From Callorhinchus milii (taxonomy: Eukaryota), in NCBI RefSeq assembly GCF_018977255.1, contig NW_024704743.1:1736001-1800000 (forward strand): a stretch of DNA of 64,000 nucleotides. The letters run 5' to 3'. The notes under the pieces are model-generated. The model had not been told where the DNA came from. It did not search any database and saw only the letters and a program-made list of their open reading frames with translations. How positions within the stretch are numbered: the first letter of the stretch is position 1; each line of letters opens with the position of its first letter. The translations under genes and the position numbers were made by a program. Positions 23,231 through 34,730 of this stretch are shown here, piece after piece.

Positions 23231-26200
23231 TTGAAGAGAACTTTTTTCCCTTCGAACCCCCCCCCACACCACCCCCCCCACCCCACACCCCCCTACCCGC
23301 CCCGACCACAAGCCACACCACCCCCCCACCCCCCCACCACCCCACTCCCATCCCCCCACCCCCGAGCACACCCCCACCACACCCACCCCACCACCAAACC
23401 CCACCCCCCCCCACCACCACCACCCAGCCCCTCTCTCTTTTCTCCACGGGGTTTTAGAAAGCACGTCACGCTTCCAGCATCTGCCCATCCATAGTGTTCA
23501 AAATTATAATCAAACTGCTTTTCGTACACACAGATGTCTCTTAAACTCTTCTTTATGGCTGTGTGTCAGCCGGAGCAATTTGCGTTGTGTTCCTTTTTCT
23601 CTCCTCCCCCAAAAGATAAATATTTATTACTCGCAGCGATCAATAGTCTTCGAGAGCGTTCAACCCGAGGAATTTGTCTTTTATTCTTGAAAATTTCCAG
23701 ATTTTCCTCATTTATTTTCCTTTTATGTAAATCTCAACGAGCCACTGACAGCCACCAATTAGTGCAGAGTGAATAATTTATTCCTCCAAGCTCGGTAATT
23801 AGCAAGTGCACGGCACAATTGACTTGTTATTTTAATTTATTATGCATCCCATGGCACTGTTTGGGAGAAGAGAAGGGCGTTTCCTCTCTCTGGCCCCAGT
23901 GTCCCGGCCGTCAATCCCCCAAATAACACGGATTGCTCTCCTCGCAGCTGTTTGCGGAACATTGCTGCGCACGAACCGCCGTGAGGTACACCGTCGCGTT
24001 TCGGTCGCAAAATGTAAAGAGTCGCTTCACTTCACTTCACGGCGGGTCCCGTGGAGGGCTTTGAGCCGTCTCGGAGACGCGTCAAACGGGAGGAGTGTTA
24101 TACGTCCGGTGACGTCCTCTGAAGCGCCTTTTTTTTGCGCGGGTCGCTGCCGTTATTTCGTTCTGCCGCTGAACCGCTTCCTGCTTGTGCGGCGCCACGT
24201 GACGCTGGCGGTTTTATTTTTTCCCCGGCCTGGCTGATGTCTCAGCGAAAGCGCTCGGTGACTCGCCGACGTTTTCGGGTTCGTTTTTTTTCCACGGGCG
24301 CCTCAATCAGAGAATTGAGGTCAAATCCAACGGCAACAGCAACAACAACAACAGCAAAATTACATTTGTACCGCGCCTTTCACGTCGGGAGGACGGACGT
24401 CCCAAGGCCCTGGGCAATCAGTAATATTGATTGTCCGTGATAAATTCTTTGGTAGTGCGCTCCATTATCTACGTTTAAATGTTCCACTGCAATGTCCTTG
24501 AGTACCGCAAAGCCACAGGAATTTACAGCACAGAAAAAAGCCTTTTGGCTCATTTTGTGTCCTTTAAATGAACAATCCGTTCAGTTGCATTTATCTGCTG
24601 TTTCCCCATAAATTAATGTTTTTGAGATGTCTATCTTTCTTCCTCTCGTATAAAAGCAAACAACTCCCATTCTCTCCCCCCCCCCGCCACCCCCCCGCCC
24701 CCTCTTGATTAGCTCCCTTGCTAATCAAGTTGTATTGATACCCTCTGGTCAAACACTCACTGACCAATGCTCATAATTTCTCCCTATCTGCCCTATCAAA
24801 ACCTTTTGTAATCACGAAGACTGTTATCACGTCTCCCGCAATCCTCTGGGACACTGAAAACAGGTCCAGTTACACAAGATTGGTCTGCATGAGAAGCGTC
24901 CCCCCCCCCCAAAAAAAAAACAGGTCACTCAACCCACGGCTGTTTGTGGGGACGCTGCTGTGCGGAATCGGCTGCCGCATTTCACCCACAAAATACATAG
25001 TCAATTCCCTTTACAGTGCATCCTGTGAAGCGCTTTGAGACGTCTCGATGACGCGATGAGGCGCTGTGTCAAATGCCGGGATTATTCATTTAATCCGATC
25101 ACTCCAGAAACACGCACCTGCTTCTCCGGCAAACTGTTCCGAGAAGGAGAGATTGAGGGAAGGGCTTGAGAGATTTGATTACCCTCCGGGTAAAGAAAAA
25201 CTTCCTGATATCTGTCCTGAAATTGGCCTTTACCATTCTAAACCCTCCCCTCTGCTTCCATCCCTTCAGCCAATTCTGATTCCGCATCTGTGTCTCGCCC
25301 TTGATACCCAGTGATCACAGTTTGCACTTGGTACAGCGCCTTATCACGTCGTCGAGACGTCTCAAAGCGCTTCACAGGACAACTGTATGTTTTGTGGGCG
25401 AAACGCGTACAGCCAATTGCGCACAGCAGCGTCCTCACAAACAGCCGTGGGTTGAGTGCCCGAATTATTATTATTATTATTATATTTATTTATTTATTGA
25501 ATGATTTGGAAGGGATTATTACCCCCAGGAAAGCTAATCGACTAACAACCGGGTTGGGGAGCCAACGAGGAAAGCTGCATCAGTCCTGCAGCCTCCTTGA
25601 GTACGATGGATGTGACTTGCCGAATGGAGTCCTATTGAGAACAGCGAGACGCAGAGTTGGGTGAGCATTTAGCGCTCAGCCCCTTTATCTAAGGTACCAA
25701 TAGATTTCAATGGAGCGGATTACTGCACACGGAACAAAGCCTTCGAAAAGAACTAGAGGAAATCAGACGTAAGAGGTGGAATTAAATCGTTTGATTCTAA
25801 CCGAGTTCAACCTTGGCTTCATTGAAACACTTTCGCTTTCCTTCATAATTGTCAATTACTCTGAAGCATTGTCCTGCCTCCCACGAGCGACATTTTCAAC
25901 GTAGTGATAAATCATCCTTGTACTCCACACACGCGCCTCCGTCTACCGGCAGTCAGTAGGAACCCGGTCGTTGCGGATCGCTTTTCCGGAGCTGATAATC
26001 CCGTCAAAGTAAATAAATAAATACATAATTTGGTCGCTTCGATCCCCGGCTGTTTGTGGGGGTCGCTGCTGTTCACGATGAGAAGCACAACCATATCTCA
26101 TGTGTATGATGTCCTGGTTACACGTCTCATATGACTGTAGCAGCCTCACCGGCTTAAGCTGGAAACGAGGGCAAGATAGCGTGGGGAAGCAAGGCCAGGA

Positions 26201-26797
26201 AAGGGCCATTACAACACAATAGTAATGGTAATAATAATAATAATAATCCTCGCCTTTGACTCAGCGTCTCATCACGTCTTCGAGACGTCTCAAAGCGCTT
26301 CACAGGTTACACTGTCAAGTGAATTGACTACGTAATTTTGTGGGCGAAACACACGCGGCAGCCAATCGCGCACAGCAATGTGGATTGAGTTACCAAATTA
26401 CTATTATTATTATTAATATTATTTGAAGGGATTATTAACCCCCGGAAAAGCAGATCCACCGAGCGACAAACAACCGGGTTCCTACTTACTGCTCAGCGCC
26501 TGATCGCGTCTTCGAGACGTCTCAAAGCGCTTCACGGGATAACCGGCGGTCGAATTGACGGCGTGTTTTGAGGGCGAAACATCGACGGTTCAGAGTTGCG
26601 GCTGCTGACAGTTCGCTTCACTTGTTGTCTGGTTTGATCAATGTCCACGACAGGGCTTTTAATATTCCATCCGCGATGCTTGGAGCCTGGAGGAGGAACC
26701 AGGAGAGCATCATTAAAACACACACCATGAAGGTCCTGTGGCCCAGTATTCTCTGGGGGGGGGGTTTTAAGTCAGCGGCTGTTAGAGGTTCTGAGAA

Positions 26798-27935
26798 TTA
26801 CAAAACGGCCTTCTACTCCAACATCATCTCGGAGACTGAACACAACCCAAAAATCCTTTTTTCCACCACCCACTACCTCCTCCGTGACCCCCCCTCAGGC
26901 CTCCCCAATCTTCACATCAAAGGCCAAGTGCGAGGAGGTCATGGACTTCTTTTCTACTAAAATACTCAACATCCGCCAGGCAGCCTCATCCACCTGCCCC
27001 TTGTCACCCACCACCACGCCCTCTCTGCCCCCCTCACCCTCCTCATCATCTGCTCCTACCACCACCCCTTTTCTACACTCTTTCCTCCCCATCTCTCCCT
27101 CCTCCCTCTCACCCACCATTACCTACATGAAACCCACCACCTGCTGCCTCGACCCCCTCCCCACCAACTTGCTGGTCACACAGCTCCCCCTCCTCTGCCC
27201 ACTACTGGCTGACGTCATCAACCAGTCCCTCTCCTCTGGATCAGTCCCTGACCCCCTCAAAACTGCTGTCATCACCCCCCTCCTGAAAAAACCCTCCCTA
27301 GATCCCTCAAACCCCGGCCACTACCGCCCTATTTGTAACCTGCCGTTCCTCTCAAAAGCTCTAGAACGTGTTGTTGCCAATCAACTCCGCGCACACCTCT
27401 CCTCCCACTCCCTCTTCGAACCCCTCCAGTCCGGTTTCCGCCCACAGTACAGGGACTGCGCTTGTGAAAGTCACAAACGACATCCTCTTTATCTGTGACC
27501 AGGGCTCCCTCTGCCTCCTTGTCCTCCTGGACCTCTCCGCGGTGTTCGACACAGTCGATCACGCCATCCTCCTCCCCCGCCTCTCCTCCGTCATCCACCT
27601 CAGGGGGACCGCACTCGCCCGGTTCGAGTCCTACCTCACAAACCGCCAGCAGTACATCTGCACCAACGGCTTCTCCTCCCGCTCTCACCTGGTTACCCGC
27701 GGGTACCCCAAGGATCCATCCTTGGCCCCCTCCTCTTTCTGATCTACACGCTCCCTCTTGGGGATGTCATCCGCAGACATGGGGTACACTTCCACATGTA
27801 CGCGGACGACACCCACCTCTATTTTTCCACCGCTCTTTGCGCCCCCCCCGTCCCCTGATGTTCTGCCTATCAGATCTCAGGGACTGGATGAGCGCAAATT
27901 TCCTTCAGCTGAACGTTGACAAGATGGTTTGTATC
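26798..27935 (+). mobile_element. L2-clade LINE reverse transcriptase fragment, frameshifted and non-functional
   Basis: Peptides across frames: [61 protein letters not shown](I)LGPLLF, and YADDTHLY with TAC at 27799. Frameshifts near 26930, 27440 and 27710. Confidence 0.93.
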
Positions 27936-27977
27936 CTGGTCTGTGCAGAGTTTGCTGGCCTCAGCCAGGACTGTGTG

Positions 27978-28030
27978 GGGTCAGGATATATTAGCCCCAG
28001 GGTCAGGATATATTAGCCCCAGGGTCAGGA
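27978..28030. repeat. 22-bp tandem GGGTCAGGATATATTAGCCCCA, about 2.4 copies
   Basis: Directly visible. Confidence 0.85.
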
Positions 28031-28274
28031 CCGGGAAAGCCACCCAGCTTCTCAAGTCCACATTCGCCTATAAATCCATATTACACTCCATTTCATAGTA
28101 ACTCCTGTGAAAAAAAATATAATAAATATAAATAACAAATATATAATAATATATAAAATGTGAAATAGTAACTCCTGTGGAAGCAGTTTGAGACATCCTC
28201 CTGACGCAAAAGGCCTTGTACCAAATGCAGAGATTATCATGTTGTTATGATGATGATGATGATGGTGGTGGTGG

Positions 28275-28725
28275 TACCAGGGATGAGTGACCTCAGTTAC
28301 GTGGAGAGAACCAGAGATGTTGGGATTGTTCTCCTTAGAGCAGAGAAGGTTAAGAGCAGATTTAATAGAGCTGCTCAAAATTATGAGGGGTTTGGAGAGT
28401 AGATCGGGGAGAAACTGTGTCCACTGGAGGGTGGGTCAGTAACCAGGTTTAGGATAACTGGACAAAGAACCAGAGGGGAGATGAGGAGACATTTTTTTCC
28501 CAGGAGAGTGGTTACAGTCTGGATCCCACGGCCCGACAGGGGGTGGAAACCGATTCAACAACAACTTTCAAAAGGGATTTGGATAAGGACTCGAAGAGGA
28601 AGCATTTGCAAGGATGTGGAGAGAGAGTGGGGTGGGGGGAGTGTGGGGCTGATCGGGTGGCTCTTCCGAAGGCACGATGGGCCGAATGGCCTCCTTCTGC
28701 GCCGAAATATTCTGTGATCCTACAG
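28275..28725 (+). mobile_element. CR1 LINE 3' end (shark-type)
   Basis: TTGGGATTGTTCTCCTTAGAGCAGAGAAGGTTAAGAG (LGLFSLEQRRLR) ... GCACGATGGGCCGAATGGCCTCCTTCTG...ATTCTGTGAT. Confidence 0.88.
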
Positions 28726-28952
28726 TGACGATGGTTAATTTCGGACCAGCGAGACACCGTCACAGCATATTTGCATCAGGACCCAATCACGGAAATAACA
28801 GCCTTCATGATTCAAGTGTTTTTAAAAAGAACATTGACCTGTGAGTGGTTTTCGGCCGTGTCTTACATTGTACTTTCTCGTACTTGATTGGAAATTGGTT
28901 AACCGGTTGAAACACTTACCAACCCCCGGTAAGAGACCTTAGGCGAGACAGG

Positions 28953-29052
28953 GTCTTGCCCAAGGTCTCGCCCTGACCCGCCCGGGAATCGAACCCGGGT
29001 CCTCTCGCTCGCGAGGCGAGAGCTCTAACCCCTGAGCTCCAGGACAGGGCCC
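28953..29052 (-). mobile_element. SINE tRNA head only
   Basis: Reverse complement of the head, including A and B boxes. Confidence 0.85.
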
Positions 29053-29624
29053 CACTTATAATAAGTATATTATGCTACTTTGAAATGCTGTATATGCAAA
29101 CACCCGCATTTGGTCCCACAACAAACAATTGGCTAAAGGCAATTTAGATGCAGTATAGACTGGTGGATAGGAATGAATGTTATCAAGTGAATTTAAAACA
29201 ATTTCCAAAGGGACACTGTGATGAGACCTATTCAATTCCGACACACAGACAGACAAAGTGGGGAAATTACTAGAGATAACAATGGAATACTTTAATATGG
29301 TAACCAGATGTAACACAAGAGATCACAAGAGAGGATCACGATCACGACGCTAACAGTACAGACCAGCGTTAAGAATTTGCCTGCTCCTAAACCGCACGCA
29401 ATCTGCCTTCACCGTGATAGTAATAACAATAAGCGTAATAAAGCCTGTGAAGTGCAGGGTCTGTGTATCTTAACAAATGTAGTAGTAGTCGGAGACCACA
29501 GGATTTTTTGCTCAAAAGCCCGTGAACCAGGTGCAAATTCAGAGCGGCTGCGGTACCGCGAGTGGCCAGAGCGGGGCACTGCAGCACGCGTTTGAGGTGC
29601 CCTCACTCACACCAACATAGGAAC

Positions 29625-29659
<35 letters not shown>

Positions 29660-29784
29660 TAACCCTCGCCTTGGACACGGCGCCCGATCACGTCTTCGAG
29701 ACGCCTCAAAGCGCTTCGCGGGATACGCCGTCAAGTGTAGTGACTGTGTATTTTTTGTGGGGTTTGCCACTGGGCGCCTTATTG

Positions 29785-29828
<44 letters not shown>

Positions 29829-29829
29829 C

Positions 29830-29865
<36 letters not shown>

Positions 29866-30494
29866 TTGCTGTCGAGCTGCCAAACACTTCCAGCTCTGGT
29901 TTGCGTTCACTTCTGCTTTGCTGGAGTTTTCGATCCAAAGATCGGATGCTCTGCTGAACGCTCTGATCGCATTGGGAATGCGGACTGCATCTCTCTCTCT
30001 CTCTCTCTCTCTCTTTCTATCCCTCTCTCTCTCTCTCCATCTCCATCTCCCCCATCTCCCTGGCACCTTGGCTTTGGGGCAGGTTTGGTGAAACTCTGTG
30101 GGACGCGACCCCCACGTGACGGGCGCTATATGAATGCGAGTTGTTGTTGTTACTTCGCCCCTAAACTCTGGAAGTCTCTCCCTCAATCCCACCACCTTAA
30201 CCCCCCCCCCCCACTCTCCCCCCCCCCCCCCCCCCGGCTCGGTGTCGGACACCCCACCAAGTTTGTTGTGAACAGGGATGTGTCTCTTCTCTCTCTCTCC
30301 ATCTCCTTTCCCCCCCAGGAGTGGATGATGGAAGGGGGAATTGAAGGTGGTGATGACCGTTGCGTGCGTCCGTGTGCGGTTGCAGAGAGAGAAAGAGAGA
30401 GCGAGAGAGAGAGAGCGCCGAGGGGAGGAGGAGAGAGAGAAGGAGAAAGAGAAAGCGGGAGGAGAGCGAGCGAGGGAGATGGAGAAGAAAGAAG

Positions 30495-30690
30495 CGGGGA
30501 GGCGGCGGGCGGGCGGGCGGGTGGGGGGGAGAGAAAGAAGATTCTCATCAGGATAAGGAACACTATTGTTTTCTGTGCATTTGCCCCGGTCTGGTCAGTT
30601 CTGGCTACTTCCTTGGTCTCATGGGGGGGGGGGGGTGTGGGGGGGGGTGTGAGGAGAAGGGTTTAGTTGCTATGGAACAAGCCATTGGCT
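30495..30690 (+). promoter_or_regulatory. Candidate exon 1L promoter elements: GC-box cluster, RFX X-box-like site, reverse CCAAT box
   Basis: GGCGGCGGGCGGGCGGGCGGGTGGGG at ~30501-30526, GTTGCTATGGAAC at 30666-30678 and GCCATTGGCT (AGCCAATGGC on the - strand) at 30681-30690, about 1.6-1.8 kb upstream of the 1L ATG. Motif evidence only. Confidence 0.4.
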
Positions 30691-30864
30691 CTGTTTCTTT
30701 TTTTTCCACAAAAATGTATAAAACAAAACAAAAATAACAACAGAAATCCCTTTGAAATCGTTTTTTTTTTTGGGGGGGGGGGTTCCTTTTGTTTTTTTTG
30801 GAACTAAAGCAAAAAAAGAGAATCAAGTGATGATGCTGTCAATTTGGTACCTCTGATCGCATCC

Positions 30865-31110
30865 ATCCTCCCTCCCTCCCTCTCTCTCTCCCTCCCTCCC
30901 TCTCTCTCTCTCCTCCCTTTTTCTCTCTCTTCCCTCCCCTTTTCTCTCTCTCTCTTTCTCTCTCCCCCCCTCCCCACCACCACAACCCCCCTCTCTCTCT
31001 CTCTCTCTTCCCCCCCCCCTCCCCAACCCTTCTCTCTCCATCTCTCTCTCTCTCCTCCCCTTTTCTCTCTCTCTCCTCCCCTCATCTCTCTCTCTCTCTC
31101 TCTCCCTCTC
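30865..31110 (+). repeat. Polypyrimidine (CT/CCT) low-complexity tract
   Basis: Directly visible. Confidence 0.9.
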
Positions 31111-31769
31111 TGCCACACACACAGACACACAGTCACCACCTCCCATTCCCCCCTTCCCTCATCCACTCCTCTGGGGGAAGGGAGAGAGAGAGAGAGAGAG
31201 GCTGTGAGATGTGAGCAGGGCTGGAGGCTGCTCATCCTATTGCCAAAGGAGAGAGAGAGATAGAGAGAAGGAGAGAGAGAGAGAAAGAAAGGACTACGTG
31301 CTGTTGTCCATCCAACAAACCACAAGCCATTCAGGTCATTCATTCGTTGGTCGTGGATCTCAGAGGGAGAGAGAGAGAGAGGGAGTGAATGAGGGACTGA
31401 GTCAGAGGACTATTTCAGAACAAGTTGCTGTGAGAATTCAACCTCGAATCCCAACGCTGAGGCAGTAAACTCCAGGTCTGAGGTTGGACGCTCTCTGGAC
31501 CTTCTGATCTCCTGACTGGACCTCCACAGAGAGAGAGAGAGAGAGACTCACACACTCACAGGGAGAGGGGTGAGGGGTTTGCATCCCTCCTCGGGGTCTC
31601 TCTCTCTCTCTCTCTCTATTTACTACGTTAAAAGAAAAAAGAACAACAGCCAAACAAACCCACAGCGAGAAGGAGAAACCATCGGAGGGATCGGTCGGAG
31701 TCATCTGAACTCGCAGTCTCCCGCCCCCGAGCAGGAGATAGGTGGTCATCCGGAGCAGAAGCTGAGCCA

Positions 31770-32289
31770 TCTCCATCCTCCCCTCCTCTCCTCCTCCCCT
31801 CATCTCTCCCTCTCTCTCTCTCTCCCCTCCTTTCTCCCTCTCTCCATCTATCCCATCCTTCTCCTCCTCTCCTCTTCTCCCTCTCCCTCTCCCTCTCCTC
31901 TTCTCTCTCCATCTGTCTCTCCCTCCTCTTTCCCTCTCCCCATCTCCTCTATCCCTCTCCTCTCCTTCCTCTCCTCTTTCCCTCTCCCCATCTCCTCTCC
32001 TTCCTCTCCTCTTTCCCTCTCCCCATCTCCCCTAACAATCTCGTCCTCTTCTCCCTCTCCTCTTTCTCTCCCCCCCTCTCTCTCTCTCTCTTCCCTCTCC
32101 CCATCTCTCTCCTCTCCCTCCCTCTCTCCCCCCCTCTCCCCCTCCTCCCTCTCCCTCTCTCCCCATCTCCCCCCTCCCTCTCTCTCCCCCTCCCTCCCCC
32201 TCCCCTCTCCCCCTCTCTCCCTCTCTCCCTCTCTCTCTCCCTCTCCCCCTCTCCCTCTCTCCCCCTCTCTCCCTCTCCTCCCTCTCCCC
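31770..32289 (+). repeat. ~520-nt polypyrimidine tract abutting the exon 1L ATG
   Basis: Almost pure C/T; no AG dinucleotide from 31767 to 32305. Confidence 0.95.
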
Positions 32290-32481
32290 ATGGCTTCCCT
32301 GTATCAGAGACTGACCGGCAAGATAAACACCTCCCGGTCCTACCCCGCCCCAGCCGAGGCCAGTCACCTCCTGGGTGGTCAGTGTGTGGATGAGAATGGT
32401 ACCAAGGACAAGACCCTCCATCCCCAGCAGCTCAGCACAGCCACAGCTCAGCCTGACCGCAGGAGCCACTGTGAGGACAGT
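32290..32481 (+). CDS. DPP6: DPP6 alternative first coding exon 1L (DPP6-L/DPPX-L N-terminus), 64 codons, phase 0
   Basis: The first 31 aa, MASLYQRLTGKINTSRSYPAPAEASHLLGGQ, match recalled human MASLYQRFTGKINTSRSFPAPPEASHLLGGQ at 28/31. The exon ends ...RSHCEDS (human ...RSDGDEED), then GTAAGG at 32482. The 3' boundary is slightly less certain than the start. Confidence 0.93.
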
Positions 32482-32526
32482 GTAAGGTTCTTCACTGATC
32501 ATCTCTCCCTCTCACCCCCAGAGACC

Positions 32527-34039
32527 GTGTGTGTGTGTGTAAGACATATGTGTGTGTGAGCCCTATATATGTGTGTGTATGTGTGTGTAAGACATATGTG
32601 TGTGTGAGCCCTATATATATGTGTGTGTGTGTGTGTAAGACATATGTGTGTGTGAGCCCTATATATATATGTGTGTGTAAGACACATGTGTGTGAGCCAT
32701 ATATATGTGTGTGTGTGTGTAAGACATATGTTTGTGTGAGACATATATATGTGTGTGTGTGTAAGACATATGTGTGTGTGAGCCATATATATATGTGTGT
32801 GCGTGTGTCAAATGTGTGTGTGTGTGAGCCATATGTGTGTTTGTGCGTGAGCCACGTGTGTGTGTGTGTGTGAGAGCCATATGTGTGTGAGCCATATATA
32901 TGTGTGTGTCATATGTGTGTGTGAGGCATATATGTGTGTGTGTAAGCCATGTGTGTGTGAGAGTCGCGTGTGCAAGCCATATGTGCACGTAAGCCATACA
33001 TCTGTGTATGAGAGCCATGTTTGTGTCTGCCCAAGCCATGTGTGTTTGTGTTTGTGTGAGCCATATATGTGTGTGTGTGTAAGCCATACGTGTGTGTGAG
33101 CCATGTGTGTGTGTAAGCCATATATGTGTGTGTGTGTGTGTGTGTGAGAGCCACGTGTGTGTGTGTGAGCCACGTGCGTGTGTGTGTAAGCCACGTTTGT
33201 ATGTAAGACATATGTATATGTATGAGCCGTACATTTGTGTGAGAGCTGTATGTTTGTGTTTGTGAGCCATATATGTGTGTGTAAGCTAAGTGTGTGTGAG
33301 CCACGTGTGTGTGTGTGTTAGATGTATGTGTGTGAGCCATGTGTTGTGTGTGTGTGAGCCATGTGTGTGTATAAGACATATGTGTGTGAGCCATGTGTGT
33401 GTGTCTGTGAGCCATGTGTGTGTATGTAAGCCGTGTGTGTGTATGTGTGTAAGCCGTGTGTGTGTAAGCCATGTGAATGTGTGTAAGTCGTGTGTGTGTG
33501 TAATCCATATATGTGTGTGTAATCCATATGTGTGTGTGTCTAAGCCGGGTGTGTATAAAAGCCGTGTATGTGTGTGTGTAAGCCTGGGGAGTGTGTGTGA
33601 GCCATGTGTGTGTGTGTGTGTGAGCCATGTGTGTGTGTGTGAGCCATGTGTGTGTGTGTGTGTGTGTGAGCCATGTGTGTGTGTGAGCCATGTGTGTGTG
33701 TGAGCCATGTGTGTGTGTGTGTGAGCCATGTGTGTGTGTGTGAGCCATGTGTGTGTGTGAGCCATGTGTGTGTGTGTGAGCCGTGTGTGTGTGTGTGTGT
33801 GTGAGCCGTGTGTGTGTGTGTGTGAGCCGTGTGTGTGTGAGCCATGTGTGTGTGTGTGTGAGCCATGTGTGTGTGTGTGAGCCATGTGTGTGTGTGAGCC
33901 ATGTGTGTGTGTGTGAGCCATGTGTGTGTGAGCCGTGTGTGTGTGTGTGTGTGTGAGCCGTGTGTGTGTGTGTGTGAGCCGTGTGTGTGTGAGCCATGTG
34001 TGTGTGTGTGTGAGCCATGTGTGTGTGTGTGTGTGTGAG

Positions 34040-34076
<37 letters not shown>

Positions 34077-34147
34077 CCATGTGTGTGTGTGTGTGTGTGA
34101 GCCATGTGTGTGTGTGTGTGTGAGCCGTGTGTGTGTGTGTGTGTGTG
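32527..34147 (+). repeat. ~1.6-kb (GT)n-based minisatellite with GAGCC(AT)/AAGACAT spacers
   Basis: Directly visible; the 3' third is homogeneous GAGCC(AT)(GT)n. Confidence 0.97.
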
Positions 34148-34339
34148 AGAGACTGGGAACGTGTGGGCAGTTAAATAGACCTGATAATGAGATACACAGA
34201 ACTTGTCTATTGCGCCTTCTCTCCCCCTCTCAGCAAAATTTACGAGGAGTTGAATAACAACCGCCACAGTGACAGTGACTCCCTCCCCCCGAGTGCCAGT
34301 GTGGTGTTGTGTGGGAAGCGTGTGCGTGCGTGTGCGTGC

Positions 34340-34375
<36 letters not shown>

Positions 34376-34692
34376 TTGAAAGGGTTGTTGTATATGTTGG
34401 GTATGTTACTGGGTGAGGGAGGGAGGGAGGGAGGGAGGGAGGAGGTGATGATCTGTGTCAGGCCCGGGACAGGGCTATTTATGAGCCAAACCGCAAAAAA
34501 AGCAGCGGAAACCCACCATAAACCTGCGGCTGGAACCGACACGCGTGAACCTTGACGACCGAGGTCGAGGTGGCGAGATCGGGTCATTTTACCCGTGCGG
34601 ACAGAGGGAGGGAGGGAGGGAGGGAGGGAGGAGAGAGAGAGAGACGGGGTGCGGTGGGGGGGAGATGGTATAATGTGCTTTTCTATCATAGC

Positions 34693-34730
<38 letters not shown>

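Noticed and set aside
26798..27935. Active or domesticated reverse transcriptase, or a retron-like system
   Set aside because: Multiple frameshifts, truncated, no endonuclease domain; an ordinary dead L2.
29866..30666. 266-aa ORF upstream of exon 1L
   Set aside because: Low-complexity CT/GA/poly-C translation with no homology that I recognise.
31570..32289. 240-codon in-frame upstream extension of exon 1L
   Set aside because: No ATG start; it stays open largely because C/T tracts cannot encode stops, and homology starts at the ATG at 32290.
32909..34267. 452-aa His/Thr-rich ORF and overlapping Cys/Val ORFs
   Set aside because: Translations of the (GT)n minisatellite.
34481..34555. MSQTAKK... 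resembling the MNQTA motif of DPP6-E/DPP10a
   Set aside because: Only a 4/5 match, no downstream similarity, no credible donor before the TGA.
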